Shown: piece by piece, positions 14,275-25,949 of the stretch
Numbering within the stretch: the stretch's first letter is position 1
Layout: each line of letters starts with the position of its first letter
Source: Octopus bimaculoides
Lineage: Eukaryota
Direction of reading: 5' to 3'
Length of the DNA: 64,000 bases
NCBI RefSeq assembly: GCF_001194135.2
Contig: NC_068986.1
Location: forward strand, 14,439,889-14,503,888
Notes under the pieces: generated by a model
What the model was told of the DNA's origin: nothing
Databases searched by the model: none
Seen by the model: only the letters and a program-made list of their open reading frames with translations
Made by a program: the position numbers and the translations under genes

Positions 14275-14747
14275 TGGTATAAAAAGATGGGCTACAGCAA
14301 ATATTCTGCTCAATACCACAGATTTGCTTGTCAATTGTTTGACTTTAACCAGTTGAGCCTGTCCCTTGGTGGCTGATGATATGTGCATCTCTAATCACGA
14401 GCAGAAGTAGTGGGGGAACATTATAGCCATGTGTTGAGAGGAATTCTTTGGAGTTTGAATAGTTCACCTCTAGAAACATGGGTGTTTTGCTCAACATCCT
14501 AAAAAGAAACGTTATTCAGAGACCTTTTGATCGGGATCGGCTACTCGACCTGAAGAAAATTCTAACTGGGCCCCACCTGCAAGGTCATGTGCTGTTTATC
14601 TTGATATGAGATCACCATGTCGCGCACATATGGTTGTGATGCATGTGCCTGGTGTACCCTTATCAGACAGGTAGTCATGATGGGTATATTGGGCTTCGTA
14701 TATTTTACTCCAGTGTCACTTAGATGGCATGCACTGCTCTCTCACTC
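14274..14747 (+). mobile_element. Unclassified retroposon-like element X, flanked by (AAT)n on both sides; lacks the first ~85 bp of the 22465-23020 copy
   Basis: Aligns along its length to the reverse complement of 22465-23020 (e.g. GATATGAGATCACCATGTCGCGCACATATGGTTGTGATGCATGTGCCTGGTGTACCCTTA); ends CTCTCACTC(AAT)n; no ORF. Orientation is inferred from the (AAT)n tail. Confidence 0.75.
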
Positions 14748-14801
<54 letters not shown>

Positions 14802-14802
<1 letters not shown>

Positions 14803-15160
14803 GCAACTTCGAAAAATAACTTAGGAATGAGATATCTGGTCACCTCGCCTCTATGACTCGGGTTGCGAGGGTTTCACGAGCATGTTCAGCCAGCTGGTTT
14901 TGCTACTTCAGGCTGATGACGAGCAATGACTCAGAAACATGTCCCTGAATGCAGACTAGACTGGGTGGGGGTGCTTGTCTGCTCCTCGCAAATATAAGGA
15001 CACAGGAAACGTGCCAAGGCCGATAGGAAGCGGTCCAGCTTCCTAGGGCTAAATAGCAGCAGTATGATAACCTTATTGGGACTGTCACATTAAGTTGACA
15101 GTATACAACTGCCTTATCGTAACACTGCTGCTTAATTCTTTCTGTGAGATTTATAATTAG
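14802..15160 (+). mobile_element. Hammerhead-bearing repeat (Penelope-like pseudo-LTR or retrozyme-like), boundaries approximate
   Basis: GC-enriched, hairpin-rich block (CCTCGC/GCGAGG, GCAGAC/GTCTGC) directly after an (AAT)n run, containing the hammerhead motif at 14907-14949. Confidence 0.5.
14907..14949 (+). ncRNA. Minimal type I hammerhead ribozyme motif
   Basis: TTCAGG-CTGATGA-C.GAG.C-AATG-A.CTC.A-GAAAC-AT-GTC^CCTGAA. Perfect 6-bp stem I, canonical CUGAUGA, GAAA and GUC core, palindromic ACAUGU stem III, weak 3-bp stem II with two C.A mismatches. Confidence 0.8.
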
Positions 15161-15973
15161 ATCATTTCTAATTTTTATAAGTATATATATTTATATAAAC
15201 ATACATCCATACATTTATACACGCTCACACATCTCTCTCTCTCTAACCCTATATATATATATATATATATATNNNNNNNNNNNNNNNNNNNNNNNNNNNN
15301 NNNNNNNNNNNNNNNNNNNNNNNNNNNNNNNNNNNNNNNNNNNNNNNNNNNNNNNNNNNNNNNNNNNNNNNNNNNNNNNNNNNNNNNNNNNNNNNNNNNN
15401 NNNNNNNNNNNNNNNNNNNNNNNNNNNNNNNNNNNNNNNNNNNNNNNNNNNNNNNNNNNNNNNNNNNNNNNNNNNNNNNNNNNNNNNNNNNNNNNNNNNN
15501 NNNNNNNNNNNNNNNNNNNNNNNNNNNNNNNNNNNNNNNNNNNNNNNNNNNNNNNNNNNNNNNNNNNNNNNNNNNNNNNNNNNNNNNNNNNNNNNNNNNN
15601 NNNNNNNNNNNNNNNNNNNNNNNNNNNNNNNNNNNNNNNNNNNNNNNNNNNNNNNNNNNNNNNNNNNNNNNNNNNNNNNNNNNNNNNNNNNNNNNNNNNN
15701 NNNNNNNNNNNNNNNNNNNNNNNNNNNNNNNNNNNNNNNNNNNNNNNNNNNNNNNNNNNNNNNNNNNNNNNNNNNNNNNNNNNNNNNNNNNNNNNNNNNN
15801 NNNNNNNNNNNNNNNNNNNNNNNNNNNNNNNNNNNNNNNNNNNNNNNNNNNNNNNNNNNNNNNNNNNNNNNNNNNNNNTATAAACATTATTAAAGTTGAG
15901 GTAATTGCTTAAATTGTCACATCTTGCTATTTCCGTATAATCTGCGCACCCAAACAATGTTAATTAACAAGTA

Positions 15974-16369
15974 GAGAGATATATTTTTCAAGGCGTAAAT
16001 ACTGTTATTACAGTATACATAGGATAAAATCCTTTCAGAGTAGAAAAAGAATTGTCGGCAACTTTTATATATCATTGGATATTAGACTAGTGAGAATTCG
16101 AACCACTCTAATATCCAATGATATCCAGTGCTCTACCTTTAAGCTAAACTGCCGACCGACAAATTCTTTTACAATTTTAGAAGTTATAAAGTCATACAGA
16201 AACGTTAGATGTTATATGGCTTACGTCATATGTAAACGAACAAAAGTTTGGTTTTGAAGCGTTGAAATATATTGGTACTGGTTGCCAACAATTTTATATG
16301 CTCTTAAAGGATTTTATCCTATATATATACTGTGCTACCAGTATTTACACGTTGAAAAGTTACATCTTT
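15974..16369. mobile_element. MITE-like element with about 80-bp imperfect terminal inverted repeats and an internal tRNA-like fold-back
   Basis: 15984-16062 (TTTTCAAGGCGTAAATACTG...ATAGGATAAAATCCTTTCAGAG...AATTGTCGGCAAC) is an imperfect inverted repeat of 16281-16359; a perfect 17-bp internal stem pairs 16069-16085 with 16108-16124. Confidence 0.7.
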
Positions 16370-16751
16370 TTGCATTTTCAACAATACATTTCAACACTTC
16401 AAAAACATAATTATGTTTGTTTAGGTATTACATAATCAATATTAATTAAATATTGACTATCAAGACTTCATGCAGTGGTGTTTGTACCTGATGTTCTTGT
16501 CATGTGTGCAGACAACGCAACCCAGCTATGTGAAGATATCCGCTCTTGGTAATTCAGACGTGTACTTTTATAAAGGTACTTTCTATAGAATTTCCGAAGT
16601 GTAGACTCCAGGTAAGGTGAACAGAATATAAATGAGTAACAAAGCTGTACAGGTCTCAATTAATTACGGCCGTTATAGGTGGCTCCTTTAATCGAATGAT
16701 GAAAACATGACATCAATTCGAAATACATACATACTTACACACACACACACA

Positions 16752-16799
<48 letters not shown>

Positions 16800-17152
16800 C
16801 ATGCATATAGATACATATATATGAAGAAATAATTACTTTAGTTTGACTCATTCGATTAAATTTTCTTCGAGATGGTGCATCGGCATGGCTGCAGTCCAAT
16901 GACAAGGGAATTAGCAACAATATGTTCTCATAGTAAATTTCTTTTCCTTAGAATGTGAATCATGTAACCGATGGAAACGTGTGGCTAGTAGTTTCCATGA
17001 TCTGGTAGAACTACAGATGTGAATTTGAAGTTAATATATGTAAACGAATATCTAATAATAATTTCTTTAGATTACGATACATTGCAAATGTCAATTTAAG
17101 GTTATGAGACTTCATGCACATTAAACTTACTGACTGCAAATAAATATACAGT

Positions 17153-17154
<2 letters not shown>

Positions 17155-17240
<86 letters not shown>
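17155..17240. repeat. (GA)n microsatellite
   Basis: Directly visible run. Confidence 0.95.
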
Positions 17241-17242
<2 letters not shown>

Positions 17243-17774
17243 CGGGCGGGAAAAAACTAACGGAAACGGTGTATCGTCAATGAATAAATTCATTTATTTC
17301 TATGTTTTGTTTTTAGAAGGAAAAACAAAACGGGAGACGTCATACACATTACGCATTAGTTTTAAGATGAACTCCGCAGTGATATGTTGTCTTTACTGTT
17401 CTTACATAAAGAAGAATTGGTAGAGGAATTTAACGTTTGTACTGTGATTAATATGGAGGCGAAAACATATTAACGGAAAACTCTTTTCATAACACGCAAT
17501 ACAATAGTTAAGTTAGTGTTTATTTATTTAATGCAGGCCTATTTAAAACTTAACTACAAGTAACTAATTTGTATACAGAAAGCAAATACTATAGATAACG
17601 ATTATATGTTTCGGTCTTCTGCTCTATCTCAATTCATTTGCTTTAATATGTTTAAAAGAATCGCTAAAAAGCTGTATGTGATGGTACAATAGTTACCATT
17701 TCTGCATTCAGCTTTGCGAACAATTTCGTTCTTATGCACGGATAGTATTGTAGTAGAAGTAGAAGTAGTAGTGA

Positions 17775-17830
<56 letters not shown>

Positions 17831-17834
17831 TGAA

Positions 17835-18175
17835 GGCGTATGGGTCAGTGGTTAGAGCGTCGAGCTTACGATCGTGAGGTTATGAGTTCAATTTCCGGAC
17901 AGTGATGTGTGTTGTGTTCTTGAGCAAGACGCTTTATTTCATGTTGCTCCAGTTCACTCAACTGTAGGAATGAGTTGCGACGGTCACGGTTGCCAAGCTG
18001 TAGCCTGGCCTTTGCCCTTCCCTTGGATAACTAACATCGGTGGCGTGGAGAGGGGAGGCTGGTATGAATGGGAGACTGCTGGTCTTCCATAAAAACAAGC
18101 CTAGGTTGTGCGTTCGCTGGTCAGGCGACTTCCCGCCCAGACTTGTGCCCCGGAGGAGGGGAACTTCTTAGGTGC
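17835..18175 (+). mobile_element. SINE group B (tRNA-Arg-like head, V/Meta-like central domain, tail type 1)
   Basis: A box TGGGTCAGTGG, CTTACGA anticodon-like loop, B box GAGTTCAATT, then GTTGTGTTCTTGAGCAAGACGCTTTATTTC. The domain name is from recalled SINE central-domain consensus, not a search. Confidence 0.8.
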
Positions 18176-18361
18176 ACACATGGCCCTTCGTGACCGACGA
18201 AGTCGAGTTCGAGAGTAGTAGTAGTGGTAGTAGTAACAGCAGCAGGGTCAGTAGTAGTAGTATCAGTAGTATTAATAGTAGTAGTATTAATAGTGTTAGT
18301 AGTAGCAGCAGCAGCAACAACAGAGATAGTAGTAAATTTACTAGTAGCTGTAGTAGTAAAA

Positions 18362-18580
18362 GGCGACGAGCTGGCAGAAACGTTAACACGCCGGGCGAAA
18401 TGCATACGTTCTGAGTTCAAATTCTGCCGAGGTCGACTTTGCCTTTCATCCTTTCGGGGTCGATGAATTAATTACCAGTTACGCACTNNNNNNNNNNGGT
18501 CGATGAATTAATTACCAGTTACGCACTGAGGTCGATGTAATCGACTTAATCCCTTTGTCTGTCCTTGTTTGTCCCCTCCA
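18362..18580 (+). mobile_element. SINE group C (Deu/Nin-like central domain)
   Basis: GAGCTGGCAGAAACGTTAACACGCCGGGCGAAATGC...GAGTTCAAATTCTGCCGAGGTCGACTTTGCCTTTCATCCTTTCGGGGTCGAT; homologous to 27745-27946. Confidence 0.8.
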
Positions 18581-18769
18581 TGGTTTTTACATGGTTCAGC
18601 TTATATCTTACACCAGACTTTATCCAATAATCTACAGAGCCGAAACGCATTAATCCTTCACTTCTTCTTTTCAAGAATATTGAACACATCCCTAGATTAC
18701 CCTGAATCTCTTTGATATTTTTGATCTCTTTAACTAGTTGCAGACAGAGAGGTGCTCCTGTGCCAGGGA

Positions 18770-19325
18770 ACCGTGGTTAGCTGTGCTAAAACTTCGCTAC
18801 TTGAGGCACCTCTTCATATGTGTCGCATTTGGTGCATGAGGGTGTTTGATGCTGTTGCCCTCATTTGCGCTTCCTGCCGTGAAGTATAAGCTCATCTGGA
18901 ATTCTTGATGATTGTGTTTTTAAAACCCCTGTATCCGTCCCATGGCATTTTTGTAGGATATTGAAGATTTGTGGGCCCCTTGAAACGTAAACCGTTGCGG
19001 TATCTATTCCTGTGCCTTCATGGTAATATTGAGATCTCTGGTATTACTTCATATATTAAAGATTCAACGAAATCTGACCTGTGACACCTCCTCTAATATG
19101 TCACCTTTGGTCAAGAGAGTTTGATGCTGTTTGATGCCTATAGGCCCATCGGGAATTTTTGGCAATTGTGTTTTTAAAAAGCCTATATCCGTCCCATGTA
19201 GGTCTCTCAGGCATTTTTGGAGGATATTAAAGAGCTGTGGGCCCTAAAACACCAGGTGTTGCAGTATCTGGTCATGTACTTTGCTGGTAACTATCGGGTT
19301 CTTTGGCATTACATCATATATTAAG
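18770..19325 (-). mobile_element. Two tandem, decayed 3' ends of a CR1/L2-group LINE ORF2
   Basis: Minus-strand translations GPQLFNILQKCLRDLHGTDIGFLKTQLPKIPDGP (about 19243-19142) and, in the second copy with frameshifts, YRNGLRFKGP/QIFNILQKC...IPDE...QMRATASNTLMHQ. Both fit the GPxLFNxLP...FKxxLD...PDxP...RAxSNSL C-terminus of these LINEs. Confidence 0.7.
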
Positions 19326-19330
19326 GAATA

Positions 19331-19495
19331 GGCGCAGGAGTGGCTGTGTGGTAAGTAGCTTGCTTACCATCCACATAGTTCTGGGTTCAGTCCTAGTGCG
19401 TGGCACCTTGGGCAAGTGTCTTCTGCTATAGTCTCGGGCCGACCAAAGCCTTTTGAGTGAATTTGGTAGACGGGAACTGAAAGAAGCCCGTCGTA

Positions 19496-19548
<53 letters not shown>

Positions 19549-19772
19549 GTGTATATGTTTGTGTGTCTGTGTCCCCCCCCTCACCAACATCACTTGACAG
19601 CCCATGCTGGTGTGTTTACGTTCCCGTAACTTAGCGGTTCGGCAAAGGAGACCGACAGATTAATTACTAGGCTTACAAAGAATAAGTCCTGGTGTCGATT
19701 TGCTCGACTAAAGGCGGTGCTCCAGCATGGCGACAGTCAAATGACAGAAACAAGAGTAAAAAAGTAAAAGAG
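19331..19772 (+). mobile_element. SINE group A, full-length (tRNA-like head, CORE-like motif, internal (TA)n(TG)n, tandem AGTAAAA tail)
   Basis: A box TGGCTGTGTGG, B box GGTTCAGTCC, GGCACCTTGGGCAAGTGTCTT (resembles the CORE-SINE motif GACCTTGGGCAAGT), tail AAGAGTAAAAAAGTAAAAGAG; more than 10 homologous copies in the window. Confidence 0.9.
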
Positions 19773-20269
19773 AATTAACGATGTATGACTTGTGACACAT
19801 GAACATACCAAATAAAAAGACTATATGCTGTTCCTTTCGTTACAGCTACACATGGTTGTTTAGCGAGTATCTTTGCTTGTTAACCAAAATGCTACATTTT
19901 TTTCTAAAATATGTCTAATGGTTTGTCTGAGGAAACTCAATCTGTCTTGAAATCACAATTCATTCCGATTTAATGATATGCTTTTCTCGAGTTATGCAAT
20001 TTACATAGGAAAAATAAAACATCCAATCACTCAAAATAATAATAAAAAAAACGTTGCAAGTATTAGAAAAAAAAAACAGTTGTGAAATTGGTGAAAAATA
20101 TCTAAATGTGAAAGAAATGAAAAAAATGTGAAGAAAAAGAAGTGAACGAACAATTGTAGATTTTTTTCTAGAAAGTATTTCAAGATATCTCTATATAGAT
20201 ATAACAACAAGAACAACAACAACGTTTTTAATATATAAAATAATAATAATAATGATAACAATAATGGTG

Positions 20270-20322
<53 letters not shown>

Positions 20323-20723
20323 CATAACAACAGAAACAACAAGAACAAGAACAGCAACAACAACAGCAATAATGATAATAATAATAATAATAATGATAAT
20401 AATAATGATATATATTATATATATATGTATATACATGTACATGCACATGGATATATACATATGTGTGTGTGCGTGTGTGTGCGTGCGTGTGTATGTGTGT
20501 GTGTGTGTGTGTATGTGCCTCGAAAGAAATACTAGGCGCGCACAGAAATATGAAATTGATGGAAGGACAAACGGACAGTAATTACGTAATTAACTTCACT
20601 GGCTGACACTTGTATTTTGAGACGTAGCGCTATCAAAAATGGTTGCGCATCACTTTATAGATCGTTGCATCGCATGGGCACATACATACTAACTGTTCCC
20701 GTTCCATTCCATCGAATATAAAT

Positions 20724-21025
20724 GTGCGCGTGGCTTAGCGGTTAGATATTCGGCTCGCGACCGCCAGGGCGTGATTTCGACTCCGGATGGTGCGTTGTGT
20801 TCATAAGCAACACACTTTATTTCTCGTTGTTTCATTTTACTGAACTGCCAAAAATGAATAGTACTTCTTATTCAAAGAGCCAACATCCTCCCATTTCCTG
20901 TCATAATGAATCTCCCTGGAAACTACGTTAAACGTATGTGTGTCCATGGAATACTCAACTACTAGGATATTAATGTCTAGTTGATCGAACCAATTGGAAC
21001 CCTCGTCACTCGTGACATACGCACC
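20724..21025 (+). mobile_element. SINE group B (V/Meta-like centre, tail type 2), decayed
   Basis: GTGCGCGTGGCTTAGCGGTTAG...GATTTCGACTCC...GCGTTGTGTTCATAAGCAACACACTTTATTTC, ending AATTGGAACCCTCGTC, which is shared with the minus-strand copies at 56136 and 60305. Confidence 0.75.
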
Positions 21026-21059
21026 CCCCCACACACACGTGTGAAATTATATACATATA

Positions 21060-21615
21060 TCTATATACGTAAATGTGTAATGGTGTCTGTCTCTGTGTGT
21101 TAGAAGGTTACTCTAATTGCTCCCACACCGTCCAAACGATTTTAATGAATTTTGGCACATAGGTAGATCACATAATCTGAACCCCAACGAAGGCCGGAAT
21201 TTTTCAAAAATTAGATAATGCTCAGTTGGCATCGCTTTTTGTGAGCTCAATCGGGTATTTCAATGGAAATTCCCATAGCGATGTTATTTTTCCTGCAGCT
21301 TTTGCATTTTTTGTCCGATTTTGATGAAAATTGATGAGTGAACAAGACTCATGGCATTGAGTTGATGTTAGTATATGGCGTTGACAAAAAATCGATAATT
21401 GCGACTGAGCAGTGGTTTTATAAAATCAATAGGCCTTTTATAAAATCAATACCTATAGGGATTTTATTTTTGGCCCTAACTTTTATACTTTCATCTGATC
21501 CAGAGCTTGCATCAACTAATGGACATGAACTGTAATCACGCGTAAAATTTCAACGGTCAGAATTTGGATTAACTTCATTACGGAAAGCACGAGCAACGCT
21601 GAGTCCAACAGCTAG
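21060..21615 (+). mobile_element. Non-autonomous Helitron, apparently complete
   Basis: 5' A|TCTATATACGTAAATG...GTCTGTCTCTGTGTG and 3' CGAGCAACGCTGAGTCCAACAGCTAG|T: TC...CTAG termini, A|T insertion site, short GC-rich hairpin just before CTAG, no target-site duplication. Confidence 0.7.
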
Positions 21616-22216
21616 TATACATATATTTATTTGGGAATGTGTATCTATCCATACATACATCCACGTTAATACCGTGGTCAAACCGACAAAAACAAAAAGC
21701 CAAAAAACAAAAATGAGTAAATGATTATCACCTGAGAATATATCTCTAAAGAAGTTAGCACATGATACCAAAAACAAAACAAAAAAAACAAACACACACA
21801 AAAAAACCCCACCGAACATTCTTATCACCAAATATTATCCATACCTGATTTTGTACTGTTTATTTCATTTTCTCATTTAGATATAGAGACTGTTATATTT
21901 ATCATTTTGTAGAGGTTTTCTTTTCGCTTCTTTTTTTTCTTTTTCGTATAAAGTATGTTCGTCATAGCGGCATTCATTCACTCGTATTTTCTTTACTTTT
22001 CGCCTGTGTAAGTGCGGATTATTAACTTTTCTTTATCACTTGGCCTCTAATAAGATAAGACGTATTTTCCAACATTTACGTTCCCATAAAACCATACTCC
22101 ATTAATAAAAGTATATACACGTTGTATATTTACAAAGATATTGAGATAATCTTGTGTTTGGGTCTTCAATTTTGTCAGTGTCCTAAACGGAATACGCACA
22201 CGCACACACACACACA

Positions 22217-22249
<33 letters not shown>

Positions 22250-22464
22250 TTGCGCGTATGCCTTTCTGTATAATTACCAGTGTTGTTTATAAATATATAA
22301 ACTTGTGTCCAGTTTCATTGTGTTAAGCATTTTAACGCTAGATTCCTCTTTGTATAAAAATTGTATCCAACGAACCGCATTCTGAAGCTCTCTGTTCATC
22401 GTTCATTGCACTGTACCTTATGAAGACCTTGTGATAAACAAATAATTTTATTATTATTATTATT

Positions 22465-23019
22465 GAGTGATAGAGTAGTGCATGCCATCAAAGTGACACT
22501 TTTCTACAAATATACGAAGCCCATTATACCCATCATGACTACCCGTCTGGTAAGGGTACACCAGGCACATGCATCACAACCATATGTGCGCGATATGGTG
22601 ATCTCATATCAAGATAAACAGTGCATGACCTCACAGTTGGGACCCAGTTAGAATGTTCTTCAGGTCGAATAACCCATTCCACTCAAGAGGTCCCTGAATA
22701 AGGTTTGTTTAAGGATGTTGAGCAAAGCACCCACGTTTTCAAAGGTGAATTATTCAAACTCCAAAGAATTCCTCTCAACACATGGCCATGAGGCTCCCCC
22801 ACAACTTCTACTCATGATCAGATATGCACATATCGTCATCCACCAAGGGACATGCTCAACTGCTTAAGATCAAACAACCGACAAGCATATCTGTGGTATT
22901 AAGCAGAATATTTGCTGTAACCTATCTTTTATACCAAGGCAAAACAATGTACATGATAGCACTTCCGATCAATTAAGATCAGGAACCATGAGAGCCACTA
23001 CCTAGTACTGCATCTGGGC

Positions 23020-23020
<1 letters not shown>
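22465..23020 (-). mobile_element. Unclassified retroposon-like element X (about 556 bp), flanked by (ATT)n on both sides
   Basis: Inverted homolog of 14274-14747, bracketed by (ATT)n at about 22449-22464 and 23021-23068. Confidence 0.75.
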
Positions 23021-23068
<48 letters not shown>

Positions 23069-23480
23069 TCCTGGGAAAGTGGGCGGTTGATGTAAAAAAA
23101 AATTGAGTCTCACAGATTGTTGGGCTCTCAAGGATGAGGTCAAAAAAACTTCGTCACTTATTTTCTTGTTCATTCCTAGGGAACCTATAACAACAGGGAT
23201 GGCTTTGGTTTTGTATTGCCATGTCCTACATATCTCAATCTCAAGTCCTTATATTTCGACAGTTTTTTTTTGGTAAATTCCTTTGCTGTGATATTTCTAT
23301 CAGTAGGAACTGTCATATCAATTAACAAGCATGTTTTTTTGCTTTAGGTGTTTGATGACGATGTCTGGTCTGTTATCACTTATTTACCTGTCTGTATGTA
23401 TCTCATAATGCAATAGGATGGTAACATTCTCTCCCTCAGTAACGCGCACTGTATGGTGTGCATACCAGTTTTTAAGGGGC
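23021..23480 (-). mobile_element. Decayed 3' end of a Dong/R4-type LINE (restriction-like endonuclease domain) with (AAT)n tail
   Basis: Minus strand with one stop and frameshifts: KNWYAHHTVRVTEGENVTILLHYEIHTDR*ISDNRPDIVIKHLK / KTCLLIDMTVPTDRNITAKEFTKKKLSKYKDL / EIEICRTWQYKTKAIPVVIGSLG. This is the RPD...ID...P...K..KY RLE signature. Confidence 0.85.
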
Positions 23481-23899
23481 AGGGTATCATAGGGATGGCA
23501 TACGCTCCAGTACAAACATTGGCCAACTCGATCGCATCCAGTTTTATATTCCATAGCGGCGAGAACTGAACAAACGGAAACTATGTGGTCAATACTCTCA
23601 AGTATGTCATTTTACAGTCTACACTTTGTATTTACTTCATTATGAATATATATGCGACATTCAACACTACATGTAGATTTGAATTGTAAGACTATCAACA
23701 ATCTAGTGGTATATTTAATCCCATCGCTGATTATACACCTACACGATTGGGATAATTTAGTACTTTCAGTGATAAATGATAATTTCGTCATTTAACATCA
23801 TAGCACGTTTATCTGAAATGTGAGACGTAGATAATTGGATTTGACCATGTCAAGTGTCAATAAATTACAAACACATGCACACAGAACTTGATAACATTT

Positions 23900-24310
23900 A
23901 TCAGTTGCTTCAGTCACTGGACTATGGCCATGTGAGCGCACCACCTTGAAGCTTCCAGTTGGACAAATCGACCTCAGTATCTATTTTCGAGTCCGGTACT
24001 TATCGTATCTTTTTTTTTGCTCTGCAGCAAAGTTAGGGAGACATAGACAAACCAACACCGGTCATCAAGCGGTATGAGATCTAAAACACATATACATAAA
24101 AACGTATACAAAGACACACACACATACGCACGCACATACATACACACATATGGATGTTTATATACGATGGGCTTCCATATAGTTTCCATCTACCATTTAT
24201 ACACACAAGGCATTGGTCCGATCGTATCTATTATAGAAGTACTTGACCAAATGCCATGAATTGGAACTGAACTGGAAACCACGCGATTGCAAAGCAGTTT
24301 TCTCAATCAA
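23900..24310 (-). mobile_element. SINE group A, older diverged copy
   Basis: Tail (TTTCAGTCA.TGGACT.TGGCCATG-like), internal CA/TA repeat and head (GGGCTTCC...GTTTCCATCTACC...CACAAGGC) in the expected order. Confidence 0.7.
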
Positions 24311-24332
24311 ATCAGGAAAAAAAAAATGATAA

Positions 24333-24760
24333 CTCTCTTTTACTTGTTTCAGTGTTTTTGACTGCGGCCATGCTAGAGTACCGCATCTATTCGAACTAAT
24401 GGACCCCAGGACTTAATTTCTGTAGGATTAGTACTTATTCTATAGTACTCTTTTGCCGAACCGCTAATTTACGGGTAGGTAAGCACACCAACATCGGTTA
24501 TCAAGCGATTGTGGGGTGGGGGACAAACACAAACACACAAATACATGCACACACACACACACACATACATACACACACATACATACATACATATATATTC
24601 GACGGGCTTCTTTTAGTTTCCGTCTACCAAATCCACTCACAAGGCTTTGGTCGGCCCGAGGCTATAATAGAAGACGCTTGACCAAGGTGCCACACAGTGG
24701 GACTGAACTCAGAAGCACGTGGTTGGGAAGCAAGCTTCTTACTACACAGTCACTCCTGCC
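24333..24760 (-). mobile_element. SINE group A, full-length
   Basis: Reverse complement of the 19331-19772 structure, ending ACACAGTCACTCCTGCC. Confidence 0.9.
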
Positions 24761-25374
24761 AAAACAGAAATGGCTAAATATGTTGTGAAATTATTGCAAA
24801 GTCAGTAGAAGGATTTGCTTGAGGAAAAACCAGAAAAATAGTTTACGTAAGAATAAGAAAACGTTCAGGTGACATACTTTTGTTGGTTTCTATGAATTTC
24901 TATTCAAATATAAAGGTTACTCTATACTCTGGAATCTGAGGAAATTTGATTTGAACATGCGAAGGTTAAAGAATTAGAAACTCATAAAAAACAGTAAATA
25001 ATATGCGGGAAAAAATAAAGACAAGTTGCAAAACTTTAGAGGAAAAGGATTGATTAAATAAACACCAAAAGCAGGTGAACGTGCGAGGATTTTAAATGGC
25101 GGAATATAGAGCGTTTTTCTTTGATGGTGCTAAATTAATTACAATCGCGTATATATAGAATCAACGGTGGGATTAAACATATTGCAGGATTTTAAATAGG
25201 ATTAAAACTTAAAATTATATACGCTGTTAGAGGTCTCCTTACATATATAACTGGTGCAATGCAAGTTGGAAATCGTTGTGCTGTACTGGCATGAGTTACA
25301 CATTAACCGAATATCGCTGATTAGAGAACAAATTAGTGGAAAGAATATTGTAAAGATCAATGAGGATGGTAGTT

Positions 25375-25830
25375 CTTTTATTCTTTACTTGTTTCAGTCA
25401 TTTGACTGCGGCCATGCTGGAGCACCACTTTAAAGCGTTTTACTCGAAGAAATCGACCCCAAGATTTATTCTTTGTAAGCCTGCTACGTATCCTAACATC
25501 ACCTTTGCCGAACTCGTAATTTAGGGGCCACAAACACCCCAGCATCAGTTGTCAAGCGATGACGGAAGTATACACAAACATACACACACACAAACAAACA
25601 AACATATANNNNNNNNNNNNNNNNNNNNNNNNNNNNNNNNNNNNNNNNNNNNNNNNNNNNNNNNNNNNNNNNNNATATATATATGTATAACATGAGCTTC
25701 TTTCAGTTTCCGTCTACCAAATCCACTCACAAGGCTTTGGTAGGCCCCAGGCTATGGTAGCAGAGAAGTACCCAAGTCGCTATGCAGTGGGACTGAACCC
25801 GGAACCATGCGGTCTGGAAGCAAGCTTCTT
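25375..25830 (-). mobile_element. SINE group A, near full-length, with a gap in the internal microsatellite
   Basis: TTTACTTGTTTCAGTCATTTGACTGCGGCCATGCTGGAGCACC...TTTCAGTTTCCGTCTACCAAATCCACTCACAAGGC...GGAAGCAAGCTTCTT. Confidence 0.9.
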
Positions 25831-25949
25831 GGCAGAGGTCAGAATTTTTAATGGGTAGCAGGGAGTTTGTCGATTTTATTGACCACCAAACTCGACTTCA
25901 TATCTCATTTTCTCGACCCCAAAATCACGAAATACTCAGCGTACCGCCC

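Noticed and set aside
18468-18527. 30-bp direct repeat GGTCGATGAATTAATTACCAGTTACGCACT
   Set aside because: Identical copies on each side of a 10-N gap indicate an unmerged contig overlap.
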